The notes under the pieces were generated by a model. The model saw nothing but the letters and a program-made list of their open reading frames with translations, searched no databases and was not told the origin of the DNA. Both the position numbers and the translations under genes were made by a program. 64,000 nt of DNA from Macrostomum lignano (Eukaryota). Location: assembly GCA_002269645.1 (NCBI GenBank), contig NIVC01000065.1, positions 62,001 through 126,000 on the forward strand. Reading direction: 5' to 3'. Below are positions 49,447-61,465 of this stretch, piece by piece. Position 1 is the first letter of the stretch; every line of letters begins with the position of its first letter.

Positions 49447-49520
49447 GGGGCCGTAGCCCAGCGGTCTAGCGCAGGCTCTGGTGTGCCAGCGACCCAGGCT
49501 CGATTCCAAGTGCAGTCACA
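49447..49520 (+). mobile_element. tRNA-derived SINE head (or tRNA pseudogene)
   Basis: A-box TAGCCCAGCGG (49454-49464) and B-box GGCTCGATTCC (49497-49507) at tRNA spacing. The acceptor stem does not pair. Confidence 0.55.
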
Positions 49521-50160
49521 TTAAAACCGCATATTTCATCCATATCACCGGCCCCCATTTACTCAGGAGTCTGGAGAGTTTGAGCCTGAATTTTGAGAAA
49601 CTCCTCATCAAGTATATGCAATAATTGCAGCCTAAGCCATAAACCATTCAGGCTATGCAGGTACACCGACAGCTCTCGTATCTCAGTTTTAAATTTGCAG
49701 ATTTTTCGATTAGATATTGTTGAGGTTGAAAATCAATTTAGAAAATGCAGAACAACCTCTAACAGGAGATGCAGTGCAGGATTCAAAAGCCAGGTGACAG
49801 ATCTGATAATTGCTTTTAGAGGCTTGTAGAGCTGCAGAGTTGCACAAGATTGACAACTTGTTGAACTGGGCTTGAAACACGAGTTAGACTCAATTATGAC
49901 TAACTCATCATTTTGTTAAACCTGCTCTGATGATCTGATAAACTTTCACCAACTCATCTCACTCTTCTCGCCAATTATATCGGCTCAACGTTTCTCTCTG
50001 AAACGCAGCCTGTCTGTCTGGAAGAGACAGCAACACCCCCATTACAGCTTTGCTGGCTCCCGCGAAGGACCTGCACAGCATATAACTGTTGAAAAGTTGA
50101 AGGAATAAATTGACCATGCGCTGCTTTTTTGTTAAAATGCATTTACAAGCCCATGCTCAA

Positions 50161-52176
50161 GGACACACTTACAGCATCCCCAAAAACAGAATCCCCAATC
50201 ACAGAATCCCCAAAGACAGCATCCCCAAAGATAGCACCCCCAAAACTCAACATCCCCAAAAGACAGCATCCCCAAAGACAGCATCCCCAGACATAATCCC
50301 AAAGACAGAATCCCCAAAGACAGCATCCCCAAAGACAGCATCCCCAAAGACAGCATCCCCAAAGACAGCATCCCCAAAGACAGCATCCCCAAAGACAACA
50401 TCCCCAAAGACAGCATCCCCAAAGACAGCATCCCCAAAGACAGCATCCCCAAAGACAACATCCCCAAAGACAGCATCCCCAAAGACAGCATCCCCAAAGA
50501 CAGCATCCCCAAAGACAGCATCCCCAAAGACAGCATCCCCAAAGACAGCATCCCCAAAGACAGCATCCCCAAAGACAGCATGCCCAAAGACAGCATCCCC
50601 AAAAACAGCATCCTCAAAGACAGCATCCCCAAAGACAGCATCCCCAAAAACAGCATCCTCAAAGACAGCATCCCCAAAGACAGCATCCCCAAAGACAGCA
50701 TCCCCAAAGACAGCACCCCCAAAGACAGCACCCCCAAAGACAGCACCCCCAAAGACATCATCCCCAAAGACAGCATCCCCAAAGACAGCATCCCCAAAGA
50801 CAGCATCCCCAAAGACAGCATCCCCAAAGACAGCATCCCCAAAGACAGCATCCCCAAAGACAGCATCCCCAAAGACAGCATCCCCAAAAACAGCATCCTC
50901 AAAGACAGCATCCCCAAAGACAGCATCCCCAAAGACAGCATCCCAGTGACCGCAGTTCGCCAAGAAGGGTCAGGTGACCCGAGAAAAATCGCGGATCTGA
51001 ACTCAGGATTGCAATCAAAGTCCAGTTCTAGAAGCTGTGTGTGTGCTTCTCAACCAATATTGCATCAGGGATTGAACTCATATCTGGAACTGCATTCCTG
51101 AGATCTAGTCTAGATCTCAGTCTAGATCTAGTATTCCATGACAAATGTACATATGTAAAAAACTAAAGTGAAATTATTTTAGTATTTAGCTGCGTACAAC
51201 GCTGCAATAAATTTGGGGTGAGGATGTTGTCAGTGTGCGATAAGAAAAATTAACAATGTCCCGCATAGTGGCAATTAATTAATTTTGCAATATCCCTGCT
51301 TTCCTGGCCCCGTCTGTCTGCAGCTGCATGTTGCTAGGCCTTTGCAAAATCCCCTATGCTGCGGGATTGATGGGGTGCTGCCTTATTTATGCATGAGCGC
51401 ATTTGGGGAGTGCTGGACACTTTGGGTCTGGAGTGGCCTGTTGAGTGCCTTTTGCGCTGTCTTTTGGGTCCATTTGGGATTATGCCAAGGGGTGCTGTCT
51501 TTGGGGATGCTGTCTTTAGGGATGCTGTCTTTGGGGATGCTGTCTTTGGGGATGCTGTCTTTGGGGATGCTGTCTTTGGGTATGCTGTCTTTGGGGATGC
51601 TGTCTTTGGGGGTGCTGTCTTTGGGGATGCTGTCTTTGGAGGTGCTGTCTTTGGGGATTATGTCTGGGGATGCTGTCTTTGGGGATGCTGTCTTTGGGGA
51701 TGCTGTCTTTGGGGATTATGTCTGGGGATGCTGTCTTTGGGGATGCTGTCTTTTGGGGTGCTGTCTTTGGGGGTGCTGTCTTTGGGGATGCTGTCTTTGG
51801 GGATGCTGTCTTTGAGGATGCTGTTTTTGGGGATGCTGTCTTTGGGGATGCTGTCTTTGGGTATTCTGTCTTTGGGATTATGTCTGGGGATGCTGTCTTT
51901 GGGGATGCTGTCTTTGGGGGTGCTGTCTTTTGGGGTGCTGTCTTTGGGGGTGCTGTCTTTGGGGATTATGTCTGGGGATGCTGTCTTTGGGGGTGCCTTC
52001 TTTGGGGGTGCTGTCTTTGGGGATGCTGTCTTTGGGTATTCTGTCTTTGGGATTATGTCTGGGGATGCTGTCTTTGGGGATGCTGTCTTTGGGGGTGCTG
52101 TCTTTGGGGGTGCTGTCTTTGGGGATGCTGTCTTTGGGGGTGCTGTCTTTGGGGATGCTGTCTTTGGTACACACCC
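50161..52176. mobile_element. Foldback-type element: inverted 15-bp minisatellite arms around a ~540-bp core
   Basis: Left arm (CCAAAGACAGCATCC)n at 50170-50945, right arm (GGATGCTGTCTTTGG)n at 51490-52166. The right terminus rc is GGGTGTGTACC. The left terminus and TSD are not intact. Confidence 0.75.
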
Positions 52177-52719
52177 AAAGCAGGGAGTTCCCTTGTCTAG
52201 ATTGCAAAAGGCAAAATCCATGGCAGACACTGCAGTATTACAATAGAGTCAGAGACCGCCGGAGAGTGAGATGGGGATACCAGAGCAAAGCCTATAACAC
52301 ATGCCGGGAGCCATAGTGCCATATAATCATTACAGTCCACGCGCTCCCATCCCTCTGACTGCAGAGGGCAATTGTCGACAGAGCCCTATACTTTCCCCCA
52401 TGCTATACAGGTAGGCAGGGAGGTGGATTGATCCGCCAATATTAAACTCATCCTACAGTGTAATGCTCACCTAGTCGCAATAAAATAACTACAAACGCTA
52501 TAAACCAGGGAAGAGTTTTAAACAGAGGGAATTTTGTATGATCTGTTTAAAAATCCCAATTTTCTGTGACTGTCTGTCTGCCTGCCTGCCTGCCCCAAGT
52601 CGCTAATTTTTAATGGCACCAGTTTTTAGATGCATGCTGTCATGTGGAATTAAGGAAGCTATGCACATTGGTTTTGGGTGAGACTCTTGATTGGTTTTAG
52701 GATCCGTGTGAGATTCTCT

Positions 52720-53460
52720 GTTTTAAATATGATTGTGTGCGGTGAGATTCTCTCAGTCATGATGATGATTTTGTGCGGTGAGATTCTCTCAGTCATGATG
52801 ATTTTGTGGGGTGAGATTCTCTCAGTCATGATGATGATTTTGTGGGTTGAGATTCTCTCAGTCATGATGATTTTGTGGGGTGAGATTCTCTCAGTCATGA
52901 TGATGATTTTGTGGGGTAAGATTCTCTCAGTCATGATGATTTTGTGGGGTGAGATTCTGGGTGAGATTCTCTCAGTCATGATGATTTTGTGGGGTGAGAT
53001 TCTCTCAGTCATGATGATTTTGTGGGGTGAGATTCTCTCAGTCATGATGATTTTGTGGGGTGAGATTCTCTCAGTCATGATGATGATTTTGTGGGGTGAG
53101 ATTCTCTCAGTCATGATGATTTTGTGGGGTGAGATTCTCTTAGTCATGATGATGATTTTGTGGGGTGAGATTCTCTCAGTCATGATGATGATTTTGTGGG
53201 GTGAGATACTCTCAGTCATGATGATTTTGTGGGGTGAGATTCTCTCAGTCATGATGATTTTGTGGGGTGAGATTCTCTTAGTCATGATGATGATTTTGTG
53301 GGGTGAGATTCTCTCAGTCATGATTATGATTTTGTGGGGTGAGATTCTCTTAGTCATGATGATGATTTTGTGGGGTGAGATTCTCTCAGTCATGATGATG
53401 ATTTTGTGGGGTGAGATTCTCAGTCATGATAATGATTTTGTGGGGTGAGATTCTCTCAGT
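52720..53460. repeat. 33/36-bp minisatellite x~21
   Basis: Unit GGTGAGATTCTCTCAGTCATGATGATTTTGTGG with or without an extra GAT. Confidence 0.97.
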
Positions 53461-54057
53461 TAGACAAGAGAGTACCTGCAATATGCATGCATAGGCAATA
53501 AAGAAAAATCGTGCACAAAAAAGCAAACGCATTGCATGCGAACTCTTCTTAGTCTGCGATCGCAATCCAATCCGAAAGATTACTCGGTAGATTAGCCGCC
53601 ATCCGATACCTGCCAGCTGTAATTGCCGGAATTCTTTGACGCCTCAAACAGCTCTGATCCCATGACTCTGCGCTGATTAAAAATCCAAAGCCTCAAGTCC
53701 TATGGGCAGCCGCCCAGAAGGATTAGAAGAGCGGGGATATAGCTAGGGAATTAAAAAAATTAATTTCCGACCAAACTGTGGAGGCGGAGCGCATTAGCGA
53801 GATTTAGACTTGACTGCAGTGCTCACACGGATTCGATGTCATATTTTAGCGAATAATTAAAAGAAATTTTGGACATCTGATCACTGATCAGTTCCATTCA
53901 ACCGTACCCGCCTACTGCAAGTAGCCGAATATGATTGTGCGCACTTTATCCTATTGGTAATGTCGAATTCCCGTTTAAATAGGGAAAGCAATTATTTCTT
54001 AAATCCACTCTGTAAATGCAAACATTTTTGTTTAAATATATTCTTTTATTCCTGACA

Positions 54058-54330
54058 CCTAATGTACATTGGCGGGAAATTCCAACACCCACTCTGAATG
54101 TACATTGGAGGGAAATTCCAACACCCCACTCTGAATGTACATTGGAGGGAAATTCCAACACCCACTCTGAATGTACATTGGCGGGAAATTCCAACACCCC
54201 ACTCTGAATGTACATTGGAGGGAAATTCCAACACCCACTCTGAATGTACATTGGCGGGAAATTCCAACACCCACTCTGAATGTACATTGGCGGGAAATTC
54301 CAACACCCAACCCTAAATGTACATTGAAGG
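54058..54330. repeat. 36/37-bp minisatellite x~7
   Basis: Unit AATGTACATTGG[A/C]GGGAAATTCCAACACCC(C)ACTCTG. Confidence 0.96.
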
Positions 54331-55663
54331 GCCATTCAAACCCCACCATTCCACCAGTCCACGAAGCTCTATATAAATCAAAATCAAATAAATGACAAAC
54401 AACAATAAAACTAGTTCCGCAAATTTTCAGTCAATGAAAAAAGGAACTTAACACACACACAGGTTGTTTTGTTTCCGAAAAAATAATTGAAAATTTCCCT
54501 TTTGTCGGCATTTTTTAAATAATTATATTAATAATAGAGCAATATATGCACACGCGATGACACAATACAAAGGTTATAAGCTGGGACATTCGGACAGCCA
54601 AGGCCTGGAAATGGAAGCTTTAGTTATATATTATAGTGTTTCAAAATAAAAAAATAAAAATTGAGAGAAATGTCAAAGCAAACAGACTACTGATGAAGGT
54701 TTAGAGAGTCTGGAACAGACAGGTGCGCCAGGTAGAATTAAAACAATATAAAACCGGATTAAAACAGGCAAAGCAACGCATAGCAACTAGAATTGAATAA
54801 AACAAATGAAGGCCGTGCGTTGAAACTTCTGTGGCTGAGTAATAAAGAAACAAAGAGATATTTACGACTATTTAGGATGACATACAGCAAATAATTTCAA
54901 CTTGACAACTAAATGCAGCTGACATAGGAAAGCGTTTAGGAAAATAAACATATTTATTAATAACTGATTAAAAACAATGAAAAAATAAAGTCCAAACCGA
55001 TTAACTGATTAATTAAGGCTAAGCGGGTGAACTTCCCGATGGGGGGTGCTGAGGAAGGTGCGCCATAAAATACTGAAGCTGAGTTATGATTTATAAATAA
55101 TTTTATTATTTAAAGTCTGGCAACTTATGTGAAAATTTGTGTTTAAAAAAAGTTTTTGTCAAGCAAGCAATTATGATGCTTATGATACTACTATATCAGT
55201 GCCAGTAGTAGTAGTAGTAGGGTATGTACACGCAAGAAGTAGCTAGACAAGCCGGCTCAGCTGGTTAAGGGAGATTACAAGTACATATGCATATATATAA
55301 ATGTATCATAAAAACATGCACTGATAATTGAAGGCAATCAAAGCGCGGCTGGGACTAATAAAAGTACATATTGACATTAAAAAGCACACAACCGCACCGA
55401 CACAGGCAATTCTGTCATTGTCTGATAGAGCAACTGGAAGCAATTATACTAATGGGTTTTTTGCACAGCAACACAAACAGTGGCTTATGGATTTGATAAT
55501 TCGTTACGTGTACTACTAATAACAGAGATAAGTAGTGTGGTGTGTATGCATGGATGAAAAATTGAATCAAAATTTATTACAAGCTGAATGCAAACAAACT
55601 ATATCAAATTCGTGTAGAAATTAAGCGTTAAGTTTGTTAGACTGGGTCAGATAGTGTCAGCAC

Positions 55664-56312
55664 TCATGTCAGGATGGGGTCAGAGGACCTCAGGATTTTT
55701 GTCAGGATGGGGTCAGATGACTGAAAGATTCCCGTCAGGATGGGGTCAGACAATCCTAAGATTCCTGTCAGGATGGGGTCAGATGACTGAAAGATTCCTG
55801 TCAGGATGTCGAAGGTTTCTTGTCAGGATGGGGTCAGATGACTGAAAGATTCCGGTCAGGATGTCGAAGGTTTCTTGTCAGGATGGGGTCAGATGACTGA
55901 AAGATTCTTGTCAGGATGGGGTCAGATGACTGAAAGATTCTTGTCAGGATGGGGTCAGATGACTGAAAGATTCTTGTCAGGATGGGGTCAGATGACTGAA
56001 AGATTCTTGTCAGGATGGGGTCAGATGACTGAAATATTCTTGTCAGGATGGGGTCAGATGACTGAAAGATTGCTGTCATTATGGGGTCAGACAATCCTAA
56101 GATTGCTGTCATTATGGGGTCAGACAATCCTAAGATTGCTGTCATTATGGGGTCAGACAATCCTAAGATTCCTGTCAGGATGGGGTCAGACAATCCTAAG
56201 ATTGCTGTCATTATGGGGTCAGACAATCCTAAGATTCCTGTCAGGATGGGGTCAGACAATCCTAAGATTCCTGTCAGGATGGGGTCAGACAATCTCTAAG
56301 ATTCCTGTCAGA
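55664..56312. repeat. 33-bp minisatellite x~19 just beyond the CKAP5 stop
   Basis: Unit GTCAGGATGGGGTCAGATGACTGAAAGATTCTT, then a ACAATCCTAAG variant. Confidence 0.96.
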
Positions 56313-56434
56313 ATGGAATCAGACAATCAAAGAGTTACTATAAAACACACTGACAGTCTTGGGACACCGAAGAAAACCAACGGAAGAGTGGAACATAGAC
56401 AAATATTTAATAGTCCATGCAAAAACGCAAGCGC

Positions 56435-57325
56435 CTACTTTCTAACAGAATGCTGAGAGCCCCGCTTCACCCGATCCAATCGGGCCTTCAAATCCATGAG
56501 ATCCTGCGCGGACACCTGGCCGCCCGACTGTTGCCGACCAGCGGCCGCCGAGGAAGCATCTGGGGATGGCGCCGACAGATGCCGACTGCTCACAGTTGGC
56601 TGCTGTTGTTGGTGCTGCTGATTGTCATCCGAATTTGTTGACTGTTGCGACTGCAGTTGCTGCTGCTGCTGCTGCTGCTGACCAGACTGCTGCGAGCTCA
56701 GCTGATCCGCCTGTGTCAGATAGCTAGACTGGAACTTCTTCAACGAATCTAGCATCTCCTGAGCAGTGGGCAGCCGGGCGCCGGCAGCGCCAACTGTCAG
56801 CTGATCCGGTTGGCTGTGATTCAACAGGTGAGTCCGCTCGAACTCGCGCAGCTTAGCCAGCATCTCCGAGGCCAGCTGACCTCCGCTGCCCTTTGGCAGC
56901 TGGCCGCCTGTTGACATCAGGGCTGACACAGCCTGCTGCTGTTGCTGCTGCTGCTCAGCGGCTCGTAGCCGTTCCTTCTCAATACTGCGCAATCCCTGCT
57001 CAATATAGCGATTGAAAAATGCGCTAGCCTTGCTTAGATACGGCTTCAAATCCGTGTCCGGATTAGCCTGCTTAAAGTCGTAAAGCTCGTTGAGGCCCTC
57101 GCGAGTATTCTCTTTGGAGCCGATCTTTTTGAATATTTCAACCAGCTTCTCGTGCTTGGCTGACCGGCCCAGCTGGGGCGCTGGCTGTGACTGCTGCTGG
57201 CGTTGCTGCTGAGGCTGCTGATGAGGCTGCTGAGGCTGATGAGGCAGGCTGCGAAGGCAGCGGGCCAGATAGGCAGCCACCTGCGAGTCTTGACAGTTCG
57301 GTATCTGAGTCAGGTGGTGAGTCAC
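56435..57325 (-). CDS. CKAP5: CKAP5/ch-TOG/XMAP215 last exon (C-terminal TACC-binding region)
   Basis: CTCCAG|GTG acceptor. LVEIFKKIGSKENTREGLNELYDFK...YIEQGLRSIE and MDLKARLDRVK match the conserved ch-TOG C-terminus. Confidence 0.93.
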   Translation of the reverse strand: MTHHLTQIPNCQDSQVAAYLARCLRSLPHQPQQPHQQPQQQRQQQSQPAPQLGRSAKHEKLVEIFKKIGSKENTREGLNELYDFKQANPDTDLKPYLSKASAFFNRYIEQGLRSIEKERLRAAEQQQQQQQAVSALMSTGGQLPKGSGGQLASEMLAKLREFERTHLLNHSQPDQLTVGAAGARLPTAQEMLDSLKKFQSSYLTQADQLSSQQSGQQQQQQQQLQSQQSTNSDDNQQHQQQQPTVSSRHLSAPSPDASSAAAGRQQSGGQVSAQDLMDLKARLDRVKRGSQHSVRK

Positions 57326-57469
57326 CTGGAGATGTAAACAGAGTTGTTTTGCAGTGTGCGCGATTGCAGTTGCCTGGGTTACAGGTTGCTCAATAACTGA
57401 TGGGCTTCTTGCTAGTGACCTGTGTGTGAGCTTTGATATGCGACCTGCCTCTCTAATCTCACGCTGCTC

Positions 57470-57650
57470 AATCCATCCATTCTCAACCTCAAATCCATCC
57501 GATCTCACTCTTCAATCCGTCTAATCTCACCCTCCAATCCGTCGAATCTCACCCTCCAATCTGTCTAATCTCACCCTCCAATCCGTTAAGTCTCAGCTTC
57601 GTATCTGTCGAATCTTTTTTATATCCGTCTAATCTCACTTTTCTCTCTCA
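57470..57650. repeat. Short ~22-bp intronic minisatellite
   Basis: Degenerate TCTAATCTCACCCTCCAATCCG units. Confidence 0.75.
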
Positions 57651-57771
57651 CCCTAATATTAGTCTAATGGGTCTCTTTAACTACTGCTAATAATTAATTT
57701 ACGCAACATACCGACAGTAAAAAAACCCCACTAGCCCTCACCGCCCCCTCCCAGCCGTCACCCCCACTCAC

Positions 57772-58167
57772 ATCTCGGCCCTTCAGCTGGCACAGCTTAT
57801 GCAGCAGATTGGTGACCGCCCGCAGAGGGGCGTCGCCGTCAGGCTGCTGCCAGCTCTCCAAGGGGAAGCTGGTTAGAAAGGCGTTGCACTCAGCCAGTAC
57901 GGAGTCCCAATCGTATTCGGCCACGTGTTTGTCTAGTTCGCGAGTGATTCGCCAGAGGCATTTGATGTTCAGCTCAGTGAATAGCTGGGAGAAACCGACT
58001 CGATCCACGCATTCGTAGAGGGAGCGGAGCAGGCTGAGCAGCACCCGGGTGCGATCGGCGTTGGCGATGACGCTGGCGCATAGCTGGTTCACAGTGCGGT
58101 TCACGTGATCCGCGTCAGACGGGTCCAGCCGGGTCAGCGAGTCCGAGATCACCAGGGATATGGCCGA
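57772..58167 (-). CDS. CKAP5: CKAP5 exon (TOG6-like/C-terminal helical domain)
   Basis: CTCCTCCAG|TCG acceptor and GAT|GTGAGT donor. FTELNIKCLWRI...PLRAVTNLLHKLCQLKG. Confidence 0.9.
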
Positions 58168-58209
58168 CTGGAGGAGGGAGTGAAGGAGATTTTCTTCCTG
58201 TCTTCCCAA

Positions 58210-58690
58210 TCTTCATTCCTGAGCACCTCCGTTTCCCATCTTCATCCTTGAGCACCTCAGCTTCCCCTATATTCATCCCTGAGCACCTCAGCTTCCCATA
58301 TCTTCATCCCTGAGCACCTCAGCTTCCCCTATATTCATCCCTGAGCACCTCAGCTTCCCATATCTTCATCCCTGAGCACCTCAGCTTCCCCTATATTCAT
58401 CCCTGAGCCCCTCAGCTTCCCCTATATTCATCCCTGAGCACCTCAGCTTCCAATCTTTATCCTTGAGCACCTCAGCTTCCCCTATCTTCATCCCTGAGCA
58501 CCTCAGCTTCCCCTATATTCATCCCTGAGCCCCTCAGCTTCCCCTATCTTCATCCCTGAGCACCTCAGCTTCCAATCTTCATCCCTGAGCACCTCAGTTC
58601 CCATCTTCATCCCTGAGCACCTCAGCTTCCAATCTTCATCCCTGAGCACCTCAGTTCCCATCTTCATCCCTGAGCACCTCAGCTTCCCAT
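58210..58690. repeat. ~30-32-bp intronic minisatellite
   Basis: Unit CATCCCTGAGCACCTCAGCTTCCCCTATATT and variants. Confidence 0.95.
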
Positions 58691-58751
58691 CCTTATCTTT
58701 CAAAAAGAACTAAGCCTGTCATCATCACCCAAAAATGCTTGCATTGCATAC

Positions 58752-59186
58752 CTGAAACACAGACTTGAGCCGGTCTTTGCTGGCGCACTTAGCCAAGACG
58801 GCCACGTGAAACACGGTAGACAGACAATAGAGCAACGATCTCAGCAGATCGAGAGTGCCAACAGGATCTGCTGGCTCAGTGTTCAAGCTGATCTGATTGG
58901 TCACGGCTAGCAGGATGGGATCCACGTGACCGCTGAGCAATTTGCAGCGATCTTCGTCTAGCATTACTTCGATTAGTTGACGAACAGCTGAACAGACTAG
59001 CTTGGAATCTGTAGATGACACCTGGGTGATGACGTGAGTGATAGCCGTGAAAGCGTCTGGACTGCTCTTCAGTGTCAGGTCTTCCTCGGCCGGTTTGCGC
59101 CTGTTGTAGGAGACATGCATTGCCAGGTACAAAGCTTTATGCATTCCAGTCAGACATGGGTTCTCACTCATGATTCTTTGTCCCCA
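58752..59186 (-). CDS. CKAP5: CKAP5 exon (start of TOG6-like domain); acceptor 59186 or 59175
   Basis: AITHVITQVSSTD...LSGHVD, and a CAG|GTATGC donor. Confidence 0.85.
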
Positions 59187-59214
59187 CTGTAAGACCTTTC
59201 CGGTTTGTTAATTT

Positions 59215-59950
59215 TCCTGTTCTCCCTGTTCCTATGCTTCCTTGTTCCTGTGCTTCCTGTGCCTGTTCTCCCCTTTTCCTGTGCTTCCCTGTTCCTTTTT
59301 TCCCCTGTTCCTATGCTTTCCTGTTCCTGTGCTTCCCTGTTGCTGTTCTCCCCTGTTCCTGTGCTTCCCTGTTGCTGTTCTCCCCTGTTGCTGTTCTCCC
59401 CTGTTCCTGTGCTTCCCTGTTCCTTTTCTCCCCTGTTCCTATGCTTCCCTGTTTTTATGCTTCCCTGTTCCTGTTCTCCCCTGTTCCTGTGCTTCCCTGT
59501 TCCTTTTCTCCCCTGTTCCTATGCTTCCCTGTTCCTGTTCTCCCCTGTTCCTGTGCTTTCCTGTTACTGTGCTTCCTGTGCCTGTTCTCCCCTGTTCCTG
59601 TGCTTCCCTGTTCCTTTTTTCCCCTGTTCCTATGCTTTCCTGTTCCTGTGCTTCCCTGTTGCTGTTCTCCCCTGTTCCTGTGCTTCCCTGTTGCTGTTCT
59701 CCCCTGTTCCTGTGCTTCCCTGTTGCTGTTCTCCCCTGTTCCTATGCTTCCCTGTTCCTTTTCTCCCCTGTTCCTGTGCTTCCTGTGCCTGTTCTCCCCT
59801 GTTCCTGTTCTCCCCTGTTCCTGTGCTCCCCTGTTCCTTTTCTCCCCTGTTCCTATGCTTCCCTGTTCCTATGCTTCCCTGTTCCTGTTCTCCCCTGTTT
59901 CTGTTCTCCCCCGTTCCTGTGCTCTCCTGTTCCTGTGCTTCCTTGTTCCT
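59215..59950. repeat. CT-rich degenerate intronic minisatellite (CCTGTTCCTGTGCTTC-like)
   Basis: Direct observation. It explains the P/C/F-rich ORFs. Confidence 0.95.
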
Positions 59951-60128
59951 GTCCCCTGTTTCTATTTCTCTCTGTTCGTGTTCTTCCCCTGCGTAGATCG
60001 AGTTTCAAAGGACCCAAAGGCCGGATATTTCAAATGCGGGCCGCATGTGAAATTTTTCGACCCCGTCGAAGTGTCTGCGCTCCTAATTAGACAGTTCCCA
60101 TGTGAAAGAAAATTCTCGCCAAACTCAC

Positions 60129-60682
60129 GCCAACTTGGGAAACTCAACCGGCCGATTCATCTCCTCTTCCTCGGCGTTCATGTCGTACTCGGAGTCGCCT
60201 GGCACAACTGGCATCGGGTCCAGTTCCGGCGCTTCCAGCTGAAACATGCCGCCGCCGCTTCCGCCACCACCTCCGCCGCCGCCACCTCCGCGTCGGGTGA
60301 TTGTCGCTGAATTCACCTGAGCAGGCGCAGCCGACGCTGACGGCGCAGTCCCAGGTCGGCTTGTTGTCGCAGAATTCGAGCCAACCCCGCTAGATTTTGG
60401 CGGCGTCGATTCTCTAGCCGACGATGCCGGAATGTCGGCAGTTGAACCGGACAGAGCGCCGCCACTGGAGCCCTGCCTGCGTATCCGCTCCTCCAGCATG
60501 CTGCGATCTTTCTCTTGCATTGGTTCGACCATTTTCAGCAGCGGCTCGCCAATGAACCGATAGGCTACTAACAGAGTGTTGAGAGCGGCGTTGCGTACGC
60601 TATTGTCTCGGTCGCCAATCTGTTTGGCGATGGCTTTCATCGCCTGTGCTGGCGTGGGCTGGCAGACACCGATGCCTTGCAC
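60129..60682 (-). CDS. CKAP5: CKAP5 exon (end of TOG5 + linker)
   Basis: VCQPTPAQAMKAIAKQIGDRDNSVRNAALNTL...EKDRSMLEERI, with a CGCAG|GTG acceptor. Confidence 0.92.
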
Positions 60683-60734
60683 CTGCGGCCGGGTGATGGC
60701 GGATGGCTGGGTAGTTAGTTAAAGTTAGTTAGCT

Positions 60735-61440
60735 GATTCCCTCAGAATCGGCCCTTAGAATTGGAACTTAAAAACTCTGAGAATCGGCCCTTAAATTCCC
60801 TCAGAATCGGCCCTCGAATTCCCTCAGAATCGGCCCTCGAATTCCCTCAGAATCGCCCCTCAAATTCCCTCAGAATCGGCCCTCGAATTCCCTCAGAATC
60901 GGCCCTCGAATTCCCTCAGAATCGGCCCTCGAATTCCCTCAGAATCGGCCCTCGAATTCCCTCAGAATCGGCCCTCGAATTCCCTCAGAATCGGCCCTCA
61001 AATTCCCTCATAATCGGCCCCCAAATTCTCTCAGAATCGGCCCTTTCGGCCTTTAAATTCCCTCATAATCGGTCCTTAAATTCCCTTAGAATCGGTCATT
61101 AAATTCCCTCAGAATCGGCCCTTAAATTCCCTCAGAATCGGTCCTTAAATTCCCTCAGAATCGGTCATTAAATTCTCTCAGAATCGGCCCTTAAATTCCC
61201 TTAGAATCGGCCCTTAAATTCCCTCAGAATTGGCCCTTAAATTCCCTCAGAATCGGTCCTTAATTCCCTTAGAATCGGTCATTAAATTCCCTCAGAATCG
61301 GCCCTTTAATTCCCTTATAATCGGCCCTTAAATTCCCTCAGAATCGGTCATTAAATTCCCTCAGAATCGGCCCTTTAATTCCCTTATAATCGGCCCTTAA
61401 ATTCCCTCAGAATCCTTCATTAAATTCCCTCCGAATCGGC
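60735..61440. repeat. 23-bp intronic minisatellite x~30
   Basis: Unit AATTCCCTCAGAATCGGCCCT[CG/TA]. Confidence 0.97.
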
Positions 61441-61465
61441 CCTTAAATAACATGGAAAAACTCAC

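Noticed and set aside
46744-49509. 921-aa L/S/P/Y-rich ORF and similar long ORFs at 24.1, 30.7, 35.0, 36.6, 39.6-42.1, 42.7, 44.4, 50.1-53.4, 54.0, 55.8, 59.2 and 60.8 kb
   Set aside because: They are stop-free translations of tandem repeats. There is no splice or domain context, and several are open in multiple frames or lie inside CKAP5 introns.
49447-49520. Functional tRNA gene
   Set aside because: The A and B boxes are present, but the acceptor and anticodon stems do not pair and there is no T-run terminator. Kept only as a SINE-like head.
58168-58209. CKAP5 exon extension EENLLHSLLQ suggested by the ORF track
   Set aside because: This stretch is the pyrimidine tract. The acceptor at 58168 gives a gap-free match to the known ch-TOG sequence.
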